DNA from: Chloroflexota bacterium
GTDB lineage: Bacteria > Chloroflexota > Dehalococcoidia > UBA2247 > RBG-13-53-26
NCBI GenBank assembly: GCA_016875915.1
Contig: VGOM01000010.1
Coordinates: 959 to 64,958, forward strand
Reading direction: 5' to 3'
Length of the DNA: 64,000 nt
Under the pieces are notes generated by a model. It was not told the origin of the DNA, searched no databases, and saw only the letters and a program-made list of their open reading frames with translations. Both the position numbers and the translations under genes were made by a program. The stretch's first letter is position 1, and every line of letters starts with the position of its first letter. Shown here one piece after another: positions 18,822-27,803 of the stretch.

Positions 18822-19064
18822 CGAGTGGCCTCCTTTCGAAGTGTCTTTGGCGTTACCTAGATTCTACGACAACCCCCCTCTGGTGACCAAGAATGGCCCC
18901 GCTTTCCTTGTATTTGACTTGGCTCGGCGCAAAATATTACCCTTATGAGTGGTGTGCGTCACCGCAATGCTTTATGTCACCCAAGGTAAGCATGGCAGTG
19001 CGTTATGGAAAGCAAGTGGGGCAGTCTGTGACCCAGGGTAGAGTAGAGTAGAACAGGAGGTGCG

Positions 19065-20510
19065 ATGGTCGGAATAACGTCCTACGGTGCCTACATTCCA
19101 TGGCACCGGATGAAACGGGAGGACTGCGTCAAGGCCTGGGGCGGGTTCGCCATGCCCGGGGAAAGGGCGGTGGCCTACTACGATGAAGACAGCGTGTCCA
19201 TGGCCGTGGAGGCAGCCCTGGATTGCCTCACAGGCGTGGACGCCAAGAAGGTGGACGGCCTGTTCTTCGCCACCACCTCATCGCCATACAAGGAGAAGCA
19301 GTGCTCGGCCCTGATCGCCGTGCCGCTGGACATGCGCTCCGATATCCGCACCGCCGACATCACCACCTCCCTCCGGGCCGGAACCAGTGCCCTGATGCTG
19401 GCGGCCGACACGGTCAAGTCCGGTTCGGCCCACAGCTTGCTGGTGGCCGCCGCCGACATGCGCCTGGGGGCTCCGGCGGGGATGGGCGAGCAGCAGATGG
19501 GCGACGGTGGGGTGGCCCTGCTGGTGGGCAAGGACCATATGATTGCCGAAATACTGGGCACATACTCCACGTCAGACGAACTGGCGGCCACCTGGCGGTC
19601 GGAGGAAGACAAGTTCGTCCGCGCCGGCGAAGACCGCTTCGTGATGGACGAAGGCTACTCCAAGTGGGTGCCCGAGGCCATCGGCGGGGTGCTGAAGAAG
19701 TGCGGACTGACTCCCAAGGATATCACCAAGGTGACCCTCGATCCCCCGGGCGATCCCAGAAGACACGGCAAGGCCATAACCCAGGCCGGATTCGAGGCCG
19801 GGCAAATGCAGGACCCCTACGGGCTGGTCCTGAACGTGGGCCTCCCCGGCTGCGCCACGTCCCTGATGATGCTCGTGGCTGCCCTGGAGGACGCCAAGCC
19901 GGGCGACAGGATCCTGGTGGTGGGCAGCGGCAATGGGGCCGACGCCATGATCCTCCAGGTCACCGATGCCATCGGCAAGCTGGGCGAGCGGCGGGGCATC
20001 AAGAAGAACGTGGCCTCCAAGCAGGTGATGGCCAACTATAATGACTACCTCCGCTGGCGGGAGTTGGTGCCCCAGGAGGCGGCGCGCCGGCCCGACAAGC
20101 AGCATATCCGGTTCTCGGCCAACTGGCGGGAGAGGAAGCAGTTGCTGGGGCTCTGGGGGGTGAAGTGCCGGCGCTGCGGCACTCCGCAATACGACAACGG
20201 CGCCGCCACCACCGGCCCCATCCGCATCTGCGCCCAGTGCCAGGCCCAGGACGACTTCGACGACTACAACTTCGTCAGAAGAAAGGCCAAGGTCTTCAGC
20301 TATACCCAGGACAACCTTGCCGCCGTGACCGATCCGCCGGCCTCCGTGGTGCTGATCGAATTCGAAGGCGGGGGGCGGGCATTCTTCGACCTCACCGATC
20401 GTGATCCTGCCAAGGTCGAGGTGGGCATGCCTGTGGAGATGACCTTCAGGAAGCTGCAGTATGACCGGGGCCTGACCAACTACTTCTGGAAAGCCCGACC
20501 GGTAAGGTAG
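19065..20510 (+). CDS. HMG-CoA synthase-like (catalytically degenerate) domain fused to DUF35 Zn-ribbon/OB-fold
   Basis: MVGITSYGAYIP..R and ERAVA..DEDS N-terminus. ADITTSLRAG replaces ADLEFACKAG. C-terminal CRRCG...ICAQC and GMPVEMTFRK...YFWKARP. Confidence 0.85.
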   Translation: MVGITSYGAYIPWHRMKREDCVKAWGGFAMPGERAVAYYDEDSVSMAVEAALDCLTGVDAKKVDGLFFATTSSPYKEKQCSALIAVPLDMRSDIRTADITTSLRAGTSALMLAADTVKSGSAHSLLVAAADMRLGAPAGMGEQQMGDGGVALLVGKDHMIAEILGTYSTSDELAATWRSEEDKFVRAGEDRFVMDEGYSKWVPEAIGGVLKKCGLTPKDITKVTLDPPGDPRRHGKAITQAGFEAGQMQDPYGLVLNVGLPGCATSLMMLVAALEDAKPGDRILVVGSGNGADAMILQVTDAIGKLGERRGIKKNVASKQVMANYNDYLRWRELVPQEAARRPDKQHIRFSANWRERKQLLGLWGVKCRRCGTPQYDNGAATTGPIRICAQCQAQDDFDDYNFVRRKAKVFSYTQDNLAAVTDPPASVVLIEFEGGGRAFFDLTDRDPAKVEVGMPVEMTFRKLQYDRGLTNYFWKARPVR

Positions 20511-20525
20511 AAGGAGGCGAGAGAA

Positions 20526-21695
20526 ATGCCAGGGAGCATTAGAGATAAGGTTGCCATCGTCGGCATGGGCTGCACCAGGTTCGGTGAGCTGTGGGACAAG
20601 GGACCCACCGACCTCATCGTGGAGGCGGTCAATGAGGCCCTGACCGACGCCGGGGTCGAGTTGAAGGATATCCAGGCCGTCTGGGGCGGTACCCTGTTCA
20701 GCGGCACCGGGGGCCGGACGGTGAGCGAGGCCCTGCGGCTGCAGTACGTACCGGTGACCAGGGTGGAGAACGCCTGTGGCTCCGGCCACGAGGCGGTGCG
20801 GGGTGCTTCGTATGCGGTAGCGGCCGGCATCTACGACATCTGTCTGGCCGTGGGCTATGAGAAACTGAAGGACGAGGGGATGGGTGGTCTGCCCGGGATG
20901 GAGAACCGGACCAACACCCACTACCAGTCCAGCATGCCGGGGGTCTTCGCCATGATGGCCACCCGGTACTTCCACCGCTACGGCCTGAGCCCGGAGGAAG
21001 GCAAGAAGATGCTGGGCAAGATCTCAGTGAAGAGCCACAAGAACGGGGCCATGAACCCCAAGGCCCACCTGCGGAGGGAGATAACCCTGGAGCAGGTGCT
21101 GGGCGCGCCGATCATCGCCTGGCCGCTGGGCCTGTTTGACTGCTGCGGCGTCTCCGATGGCGCGGCAGCCGCCGTCATCGTCAGGGCGGACATGGTGAAG
21201 AAGTTCCACAACAAGCCGGTCTATGTGAAGGCATTGCAGATCTCGGCCAGCCCGACCACGGGCCGGATGCTGACCAGCTACGACTACACCCACGTTGAGG
21301 AGGCCCACCGGGCCGGTATCGCGGCCTACAAAGAGGCCGGCATCACCAATCCCCGGCAGGAGATCAGCATGGCCGAGGTGCATGACTGCTTCTCCATCAC
21401 CGAGGCGGTGACCATGGAGGACCTGCAGTTCAGTCCCCGGGGGCGGGTGAAGGAGGATATCGACGCCGGGACCTTCGAGCTCGGCGGATCGCTGCCGGTG
21501 CAGCCCGACGGGGGCCTGAAGTGCTTTGGCCATCCCATCGGTGCCTCCGGGATCAGGATGCTCTACGAGCCGTGGCTGCAGTTCCAGGGCAGGGCGGGGA
21601 AGCGCCAGATCAAGGATCCCAAGCTGGCCCTGGCCCACAACATGGGCAACGAGCCCTATGCCCCGGTGGTCAGCGTCTGCATCGTGGGTCTCTAG
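20526..21695 (+). CDS. acetyl-CoA acetyltransferase (archaeal/SCP2-type thiolase)
   Basis: VENACGSG (catalytic Cys), AEVHDCF, GGLK.FGHPIGASG, HNMG. Confidence 0.92.
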   Translation: MPGSIRDKVAIVGMGCTRFGELWDKGPTDLIVEAVNEALTDAGVELKDIQAVWGGTLFSGTGGRTVSEALRLQYVPVTRVENACGSGHEAVRGASYAVAAGIYDICLAVGYEKLKDEGMGGLPGMENRTNTHYQSSMPGVFAMMATRYFHRYGLSPEEGKKMLGKISVKSHKNGAMNPKAHLRREITLEQVLGAPIIAWPLGLFDCCGVSDGAAAAVIVRADMVKKFHNKPVYVKALQISASPTTGRMLTSYDYTHVEEAHRAGIAAYKEAGITNPRQEISMAEVHDCFSITEAVTMEDLQFSPRGRVKEDIDAGTFELGGSLPVQPDGGLKCFGHPIGASGIRMLYEPWLQFQGRAGKRQIKDPKLALAHNMGNEPYAPVVSVCIVGL

Positions 21696-21723
21696 CCACC
21701 CGGTTCCGGTCTGAGTCTTCGCG

Positions 21724-21762
21724 CGTGGCCATATGTGAAAGAGCATATGGCCACGTTTCTTT
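21724..21762 (+). terminator. Rho-independent terminator
   Basis: Perfect 12-bp stem CGTGGCCATATG/CATATGGCCACG with 8-nt loop, followed by TTTCTTT, just after the thiolase stop. Confidence 0.8.
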
Positions 21763-21844
21763 GGGCCGTTCCATTGCGGGATAGGGTCCCGGCCCTGACT
21801 TGACAGGCCAGAAGGACGGGGCCTACCCTTTGTCTCGGGAAGCT

Positions 21845-23023
21845 ATGGAATTCGAACTGACGCCTCAGCAGCAGGACTTCGAGAGGCAGATCAAGGAGTA
21901 TTTCCGGGAGAGGGTGACCCTCGAGCTGGAGCAGGAGATCGATGTCCTGCCTGAGGGTGACGGCCCCCTGTGCAAGCAGTTCATCAGACAGCTGGGCAGC
22001 GACGGGTGGATGGGCCTGGGCTGGCCCAGGGACTACGGTGGCCGGGGCCTCTCGGCCGTGGAGCAGTACATCTTCTTCGACCTGGCGCTGGGCTACTACC
22101 ACATCCCCATCCCCATGCTGGCGGTGATGACGGTAGGCCCGACCATAATGAGGGTGGGCACCGAGGAGCAGAAGAAGAGGTTCCTGCCGCCCATACTCAG
22201 GGGGGAGCTGAGCATCGGCATCGGCTACACCGAGCCCGAGGCGGGAACGGACCTGCTGTCCCTGAAGACGACGGCCGTCAGGGACGGCGACGACTACGTC
22301 ATCAACGGGCAGAAGACCTTCACCTCCATGGGCCATGCCTGCGACTACTTCTGGCTGGCGGTGAGGACCGATCCCAAGGCGGCCAAGAAGTACCAGGGGA
22401 TCTCCATCTTCCTGGTCGACGCCAAGACCCCGGGCATCACGGTGGAGCCCATCTGGACCATGGCCGGGTTCAGGCTGAACCAGGAGTTCTTCGAGAACGT
22501 CAGGGTGCCCAGGGACTGCCTCATCGGCGAGGAGAACCGGGGGGCGGAGTACCTCTTCATGCAACTGGCCCACGAGCGGATAGCCCTGTCACCGCACTCG
22601 TTCTCCCTGGGCGCCCTCCGGGGGGTGACCCGGTGGGCCAGGGACAACAGGCTGAACGGGGAGCCCGTCCTCGAGCAAGGCTGGGTGAGGAACAGGCTGG
22701 TGGAGCTGACCGTGGAGATGGAGGTGCTCAAGCTGCTCAACTACCGGGTGGCTTGGCTCATCGCCGGTGGCGCTGTGCCCGTGGTGGAGTCGTCGATGAT
22801 CAAGGTCTTCGGCAGCGAGCATATCAGAAGGGTCACCGATGCCTGCCTGCAGATCATGGGCCTGTTCGGGCAACTGCAGACCGGCTCGAAATGGGTCCCC
22901 CTCAGGGGCAGGCCCGAGCACGTCTACAGAATGGACGTCCTGCTCACCTTCGGCGGCGGGACGAACGAGGTCCTGAGGGATATGATGGCCATGATGGGAC
23001 TGGGGCTGCCCAGATCGAGATAG
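21845..23023 (+). CDS. acyl-CoA dehydrogenase, FadE26/ChsE4-like catalytic subunit
   Basis: IGYTEPEAGTDL.SL.T.A, INGQK.FTS, QLAHERIAL, LTFGGGTNEVLRD...GLGLPR. Confidence 0.9.
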   Translation: MEFELTPQQQDFERQIKEYFRERVTLELEQEIDVLPEGDGPLCKQFIRQLGSDGWMGLGWPRDYGGRGLSAVEQYIFFDLALGYYHIPIPMLAVMTVGPTIMRVGTEEQKKRFLPPILRGELSIGIGYTEPEAGTDLLSLKTTAVRDGDDYVINGQKTFTSMGHACDYFWLAVRTDPKAAKKYQGISIFLVDAKTPGITVEPIWTMAGFRLNQEFFENVRVPRDCLIGEENRGAEYLFMQLAHERIALSPHSFSLGALRGVTRWARDNRLNGEPVLEQGWVRNRLVELTVEMEVLKLLNYRVAWLIAGGAVPVVESSMIKVFGSEHIRRVTDACLQIMGLFGQLQTGSKWVPLRGRPEHVYRMDVLLTFGGGTNEVLRDMMAMMGLGLPRSR

Positions 23024-23083
23024 CGCCGTGGCCCAGGGATGTCTGATGGAAGATGATCTTTCCCGAGGCTGGAGGAGGCCCGG

Positions 23084-24232
23084 TTGAACTTCGCTCTGAG
23101 CGATGAACAGGAACTTCTGAGGAAGGAAGCCCGGAACTTCCTGGAGACGGAATGCCCCAAGTCGCTGGTGAGGCAACTGGAATCCAGCGATCTGGGCTAC
23201 TCGCCGGAGCTGTGGCGGAAGATGGCCGACCTGGGCTGGCTGGGACTGATCGTGCCTGAGGAGTACGGCGGGGTGGGCGGCAGCCTGATGGACCTGGCAG
23301 TGCTCTTCGAAGAGGTGGGCAGGGCGGCCCTGCCCGGCCCACTGTTCAGCACCGTGGTCCTGGGCGCTCTCCCCGTCCTGGAGGCGGGGAATGAGGAACA
23401 GAAGAGGCACTTCCTGCCCCGGGTGGCCCGGGGCGAGGCGATGCTGACCATGGCCCTGACCGAGCCGGAGGCCGACTACCGGCCGGGATGGTACCGGACC
23501 AGAGCCGTGCGCCGGAGAAGCCGCCTGACCCTCAGCGGGACCAAGCTCTTCGTCCAGAACGCCCATATCGCGGACTACCTCCTGGTAGTGGCCAGAACGG
23601 GCCGGACGGGCTCCGCGGCAGCAGGTGTCAGCATCATCATGGTGGCACGAGATACCCCGGGGATGGGCCGCCACCCCCTGGTGACCATAGCCGGCGACAG
23701 GCAGTTCGAGGCGACCTTCGACCGAGTGCCGGCGTCTATCAGCGATATCCTGGGGGAACTGCACAACGGCTGGCCCGCGGTGGAGAAGACCATGCGCCAG
23801 GCCGCGGCCATCCGCTGCGTGGAGATGGTCGGCGTGGCCCAGAAAGCCATGGAGATGACCTCCAGCTATGCAGGGACGCGGATACAGTTCGAGCGGCCCA
23901 TCGGCAGCTTCCAGGCGGTGCAGCACCGCCTGGCGGACATGATGACCGACGTCGAGGGGGCGCGGTGGCTGTCCTACCAGGCCGTCTGGCGCCTCAGCCG
24001 GGGTCTGCCCGCCGAGAAAGAGGTGGCCATGGCCAAATCCTGGACCAGCGACGCCTGCCTTCGGGTGACCTCCGGCGCCCAGCACATCCACGGCGGAGTG
24101 GGCATGGATTTGGACTACGACCTGCACTACTACTTCCGCTGGGCCAAGGCCCTGGAGCTGGACCTGGGCGCGGCCCCGACGCATCGGGCCGCAGCGGAGC
24201 CGGCCATCCTGGACTACCTGCTGGCGGAGTAG
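23084..24232 (+). CDS. acyl-CoA dehydrogenase, FadE27/ChsE5-like partner subunit
   Basis: QFERPIGSFQAVQHRLAD and HIHGGVGMDLDY.LH.YF; lacks the C-terminal (Y/F)xGTxE motif. TTG start after GGAGG. Confidence 0.88.
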   Translation: MNFALSDEQELLRKEARNFLETECPKSLVRQLESSDLGYSPELWRKMADLGWLGLIVPEEYGGVGGSLMDLAVLFEEVGRAALPGPLFSTVVLGALPVLEAGNEEQKRHFLPRVARGEAMLTMALTEPEADYRPGWYRTRAVRRRSRLTLSGTKLFVQNAHIADYLLVVARTGRTGSAAAGVSIIMVARDTPGMGRHPLVTIAGDRQFEATFDRVPASISDILGELHNGWPAVEKTMRQAAAIRCVEMVGVAQKAMEMTSSYAGTRIQFERPIGSFQAVQHRLADMMTDVEGARWLSYQAVWRLSRGLPAEKEVAMAKSWTSDACLRVTSGAQHIHGGVGMDLDYDLHYYFRWAKALELDLGAAPTHRAAAEPAILDYLLAE

Positions 24233-24415
24233 CCACCCCGCCGTCTGCCACCGGGTTTTTCGACAGAGCAGGCCGGCTTGTGGTAATCTACGAGCCAGGG
24301 TTGCAGATTGGCCCGTCCGATGCAGTTCAACGACTGAGCCACCGCACTCCGCCCCGGATTCCCGCCGGGGCAGTGCCGTGGCTCATCGCACTTTGCGAAG
24401 GAGAAGGAGGTACCC

Positions 24416-25570
24416 ATGACCGAACGAGTGGGGATCGTGGCGGTGGCCCAGACCAAGTACAGTCCCAACAGAGCCGATGCCAACGAAGGGGAGCTGGTAT
24501 ACGAAGCGGTGAGACAGGTGCTGCAGGAGACGGGGCTGAAGTTCGCCCAGGACGGCAGCGGCATCGATGCCACCGTGACCTGCTCGCAGGACTTCTGGGA
24601 CGGCAGAACCATATCCAGCTGCAACGTGATGTCCTATGTGGGTCACCACCACAGCGATGAAGACAAGGTTGCCGAGGATTCCCTGAACGCGGTGTACACC
24701 GCCTTCGCCCGCATCCTGTCAGGTCATCAGGATGTGATCCTGGTGGCCACCCACTGCAAGGAGTCGCAGGGCGACAAGAGGGGCATCGAGAACGCGGCCA
24801 TGGACCCCATCTTCCTCAGGGTTCTGGGCCTGGACTTCCTCAGCGCCGCCGCACTGCAGGCCAGGCGCTACATGTACAAGTACGGCATCACCCCGGAACA
24901 GTGCGCCCGGGTGGTGGTGAAGAACCGGGGCAACGCCAAGAGGAACCCCTTGGCTCAGGAGCCCATGGAGATCACCGTAGAGGACGTCCTGGGCTCGCAG
25001 GTGCTGGCGTCGCCCATCAGGCAACTGGACAGCAAGCCCACCTCCGACGGGGCCTGCGCCATGATCCTGGCCCGGGAGGGCAAGGCGAAGAAGTTGGCCA
25101 GGAAGCCCATCTGGATACTCGGGGCGTCCAACTGCTACGAGACCAACTACCTGGGTGACCGGGACCTGGCCGAGTGCGATGCCCTGGTGACGGCGGCCAA
25201 GAAGGCCTACAAGATGGCCGGGATCAAGGACGTCATGAACCAGGTCAACGTGGCCGAGATATCGGAGGAATACTCCTACCAGGAGCTGCTGTGGATGGAG
25301 GGACTGGGCTTCTGCCAGCGGGGGGAAGCCGGGAGACTCCTGGACAGCGGGGTGACCCAGATGGGGGGGCAACTCCCGGTGAACCCCTCGGGCGGCATGC
25401 TGGCCGGCAATCCCACCGTGGTGGCCGGGATGGCCCGAGCAGCGGAAGCAGTGCTGCAACTGCGGGGTGAGGCCGGTGAGCATCAGGCAGAGGGGGCCAA
25501 GAAGGCTCTGGTTCACGGCTTCACTGGCGCCTGCGGTCAACTGCAGGGCGTCATGATCCTGGGCAACTGA
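24416..25570 (+). CDS. thiolase-superfamily protein, Ltp4-like
   Basis: SQDFWDGR, NPSGGMLAGNP (no GHP His), HGFTGACGQ; no N-terminal catalytic Cys. Confidence 0.8.
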   Translation: MTERVGIVAVAQTKYSPNRADANEGELVYEAVRQVLQETGLKFAQDGSGIDATVTCSQDFWDGRTISSCNVMSYVGHHHSDEDKVAEDSLNAVYTAFARILSGHQDVILVATHCKESQGDKRGIENAAMDPIFLRVLGLDFLSAAALQARRYMYKYGITPEQCARVVVKNRGNAKRNPLAQEPMEITVEDVLGSQVLASPIRQLDSKPTSDGACAMILAREGKAKKLARKPIWILGASNCYETNYLGDRDLAECDALVTAAKKAYKMAGIKDVMNQVNVAEISEEYSYQELLWMEGLGFCQRGEAGRLLDSGVTQMGGQLPVNPSGGMLAGNPTVVAGMARAAEAVLQLRGEAGEHQAEGAKKALVHGFTGACGQLQGVMILGN

Positions 25571-25587
25571 TTGTCGGAGGTAGAGAC

Positions 25588-26757
25588 ATGGGAAACAGAG
25601 TAGCGATAGTCGGAATAGGCCAGACCTACCACAAGAGCGCCCGCAAGGATGTCAATCAGCAGGAGATGGTCGGCGAAGCGGTCAGAGCGGCCCTGGCGGA
25701 TGCCCAGATGAAGGCCAAGGACGTGGAAGCGGTATTCACCTCGAACATGGAGACGTTCGAAGGGTTGTTCCTACCTGATCACCTGATGGCCGACGAAATT
25801 GCGGCCTACATGAAGCCGGGGTTGAAGGTGGCTACCGGAGGGACCAGCGGTGCCTCGGTGGTGGAGGAAGGTTTCCATTTCGTCGCCTCGGGCCTCTTCG
25901 ACACGGCGCTGGTCATCGGCTTCGAGAAGCAGGACACCGGCGACACCACTGCGGCCATCACTGCGGCGGTCACCCCGGTCTGGGGCAAAGGGGTGGCCAC
26001 CGGTGCCATCGGGGAGTTCGCCAAGCAGGCCCTGACGTATATGGAGAGGAGCGGTGCCAAGGAAGAGCACGCGGCCATGGTCCGCTTGAAGGCGGACAAA
26101 GGAGCCTGCCGCAATCCCTATGCCCATCTGAAGCTGGGCCTGAAGAGTATCAAGGAAGTCCTCGACTCCGGCTACCTGGTCTGGCCTCTGCGGCTGCTGG
26201 ACTTCTGCCCGCAGTCCTGCGGGGCCTGCGCATTGATCTTGGCCTCGGAGAGCCGGGCGAAGAAGATCACCAAGAAGCCGGTCTGGATAGCCGATGTGGT
26301 CACGGTGCACCAGGAGCCGTTCAGGGCCGGGTCCTTCGGAGACCCCACCGGGACGGAGGAGTACAGCCAGGACATCGCCGCTGAGAGGCTCTACAAGAGG
26401 AACGGCATCACCAATCCCATGAAGGACATCTGCATGGCGGAGATCTACGAGCCGTCCAACTGGGAGGAGATGAGCCACTACGAGCACTACCATTTCTGCG
26501 AGAAGGGCGAGGGCTGGAAGCTGGTGGAGAAGGGGATAACGGAGATGGAGGGGGCGTTCCCGGTTAATCCCTCCGGCGGCGTCATCGCCACCAACCCCAT
26601 AGGGGGTACCCCCACCATCCGGGTGGCGGAGGCGGCCCTGCAGGTCAGGGGCGATGCCGGCGAGCACCAGGTGACCCGGGACGTCCACACCGCAGTGGCC
26701 ACCGCACTGGGCGGGCCGAACTGGACGGTGATGACACTGCTCAGAAGGTCGCTGTAG
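25588..26757 (+). CDS. thiolase-superfamily protein, Ltp3-like aldolase
   Basis: TGGTSG (no Cys), NPYAHL, AEIYEP, NPSGGVIATNPIG, EAALQVRG.AGEHQV. Confidence 0.8.
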   Translation: MGNRVAIVGIGQTYHKSARKDVNQQEMVGEAVRAALADAQMKAKDVEAVFTSNMETFEGLFLPDHLMADEIAAYMKPGLKVATGGTSGASVVEEGFHFVASGLFDTALVIGFEKQDTGDTTAAITAAVTPVWGKGVATGAIGEFAKQALTYMERSGAKEEHAAMVRLKADKGACRNPYAHLKLGLKSIKEVLDSGYLVWPLRLLDFCPQSCGACALILASESRAKKITKKPVWIADVVTVHQEPFRAGSFGDPTGTEEYSQDIAAERLYKRNGITNPMKDICMAEIYEPSNWEEMSHYEHYHFCEKGEGWKLVEKGITEMEGAFPVNPSGGVIATNPIGGTPTIRVAEAALQVRGDAGEHQVTRDVHTAVATALGGPNWTVMTLLRRSL

Positions 26758-26767
26758 GAGGAGAAGG

Positions 26768-27256
26768 ATGACAACGGAGAAGACGGCTGAGAAGAAACCG
26801 GAATACCTCAAGGTTGAGATAGCCCGCCCACGGAGCTACAAGTGGTCCAGCGGGAAGTACCTGGGGAAGCTGTACAAAGAGGCTCTGGAGAAGAAGAAGC
26901 TGGTGACCAACCGCTGCCCCAAGTGCAAGCAGCTGATGTGGCCCCCCATGGCGGTGTGTGGCCGGTGCAACGTGGCGACGGGGGAGGACTGGGTGGAGAT
27001 GAGCGACACCGGGACGGTGGTACAGTACACCTACCTGGTCTTTCCGCTGTGGGACCCCCACTACGGTGACAGGCTGGCCAATCCCTATCCGACGGCGACC
27101 ATCAAGCTGGACAACGGCGTGTTCCTGGTACACTTCCTGGAAGAGAAGGACCCGGAGAAGCTGAAGAAGGTCAAGAGGGTTCAAGCGGTGTGGAAGGAGG
27201 AGGGGAGGGGGCGTGGTCTAGCCGATATCCTGTGCTTCAGGACGATTGAGGAGTAG
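26768..27256 (+). CDS. DUF35 Zn-ribbon/OB-fold protein
   Basis: RCPKC...PP..VCGRC...W.E..D.GTV..YT pattern. Confidence 0.88.
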   Translation: MTTEKTAEKKPEYLKVEIARPRSYKWSSGKYLGKLYKEALEKKKLVTNRCPKCKQLMWPPMAVCGRCNVATGEDWVEMSDTGTVVQYTYLVFPLWDPHYGDRLANPYPTATIKLDNGVFLVHFLEEKDPEKLKKVKRVQAVWKEEGRGRGLADILCFRTIEE

Positions 27257-27267
27257 GAGGACGAGAG

Positions 27268-27747
27268 ATGGCTGAGCTGACAGCTGACCGAGTTGAGAGA
27301 CTGAAAGACGCAGACGTCTTCATCTATCACGGGAAGATATACATCCCGGCGTCATACACTGCTGGTGCGGTGGGCAGCCGCTTCCTCATCGAGATGAGGG
27401 ACAACAAGAAGATCATGGGCACGCGGTGCGTTGCCTGCGATCTGGTCTATGTCCCGGCGCGCTCCGTGTGCAAGCACTGCTTCGCCCAACTCGACAAGTG
27501 GGTGGAGGTCAGCGACAGAGGCACTCTGCAGACCTACACTGTAGCCGGCCAGGCCAACGGCGTACAGCCCGTCGACCCCCCGATCATCTACGGCGTGGTC
27601 CTCCTTGACGGAGCCAGCACCGGCCTGGTGCACATGATCAGCGGGGTGGATTTCGAGAAGCTGGCTGTCGGCATGCGGGTCAAAGCCGTCTTCGCCGAGA
27701 AGCGGGTGGGCAGCATCCTGGACATCAAATACTTCGCTCCGCTGTGA
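27268..27747 (+). CDS. DUF35 Zn-ribbon/OB-fold protein
   Basis: RCVAC..VYVP.R..CKHC, W.EVSD.GT..TYT, GMRVKAVF...R.GSI.DI.YF.P. Confidence 0.9.
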   Translation: MAELTADRVERLKDADVFIYHGKIYIPASYTAGAVGSRFLIEMRDNKKIMGTRCVACDLVYVPARSVCKHCFAQLDKWVEVSDRGTLQTYTVAGQANGVQPVDPPIIYGVVLLDGASTGLVHMISGVDFEKLAVGMRVKAVFAEKRVGSILDIKYFAPL

Positions 27748-27803
27748 TGCAGGGCATCCTGCGCCTGCACCCGTGACTCGATTCGTCGATTCTGGAGTGA
27801 CGC

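Noticed and set aside
19065-21695. Mevalonate pathway (HMG-CoA synthase plus thiolase)
   Set aside because: HMGS catalytic residues appear absent, no HMG-CoA reductase is nearby, and ispE (MEP pathway) is present.
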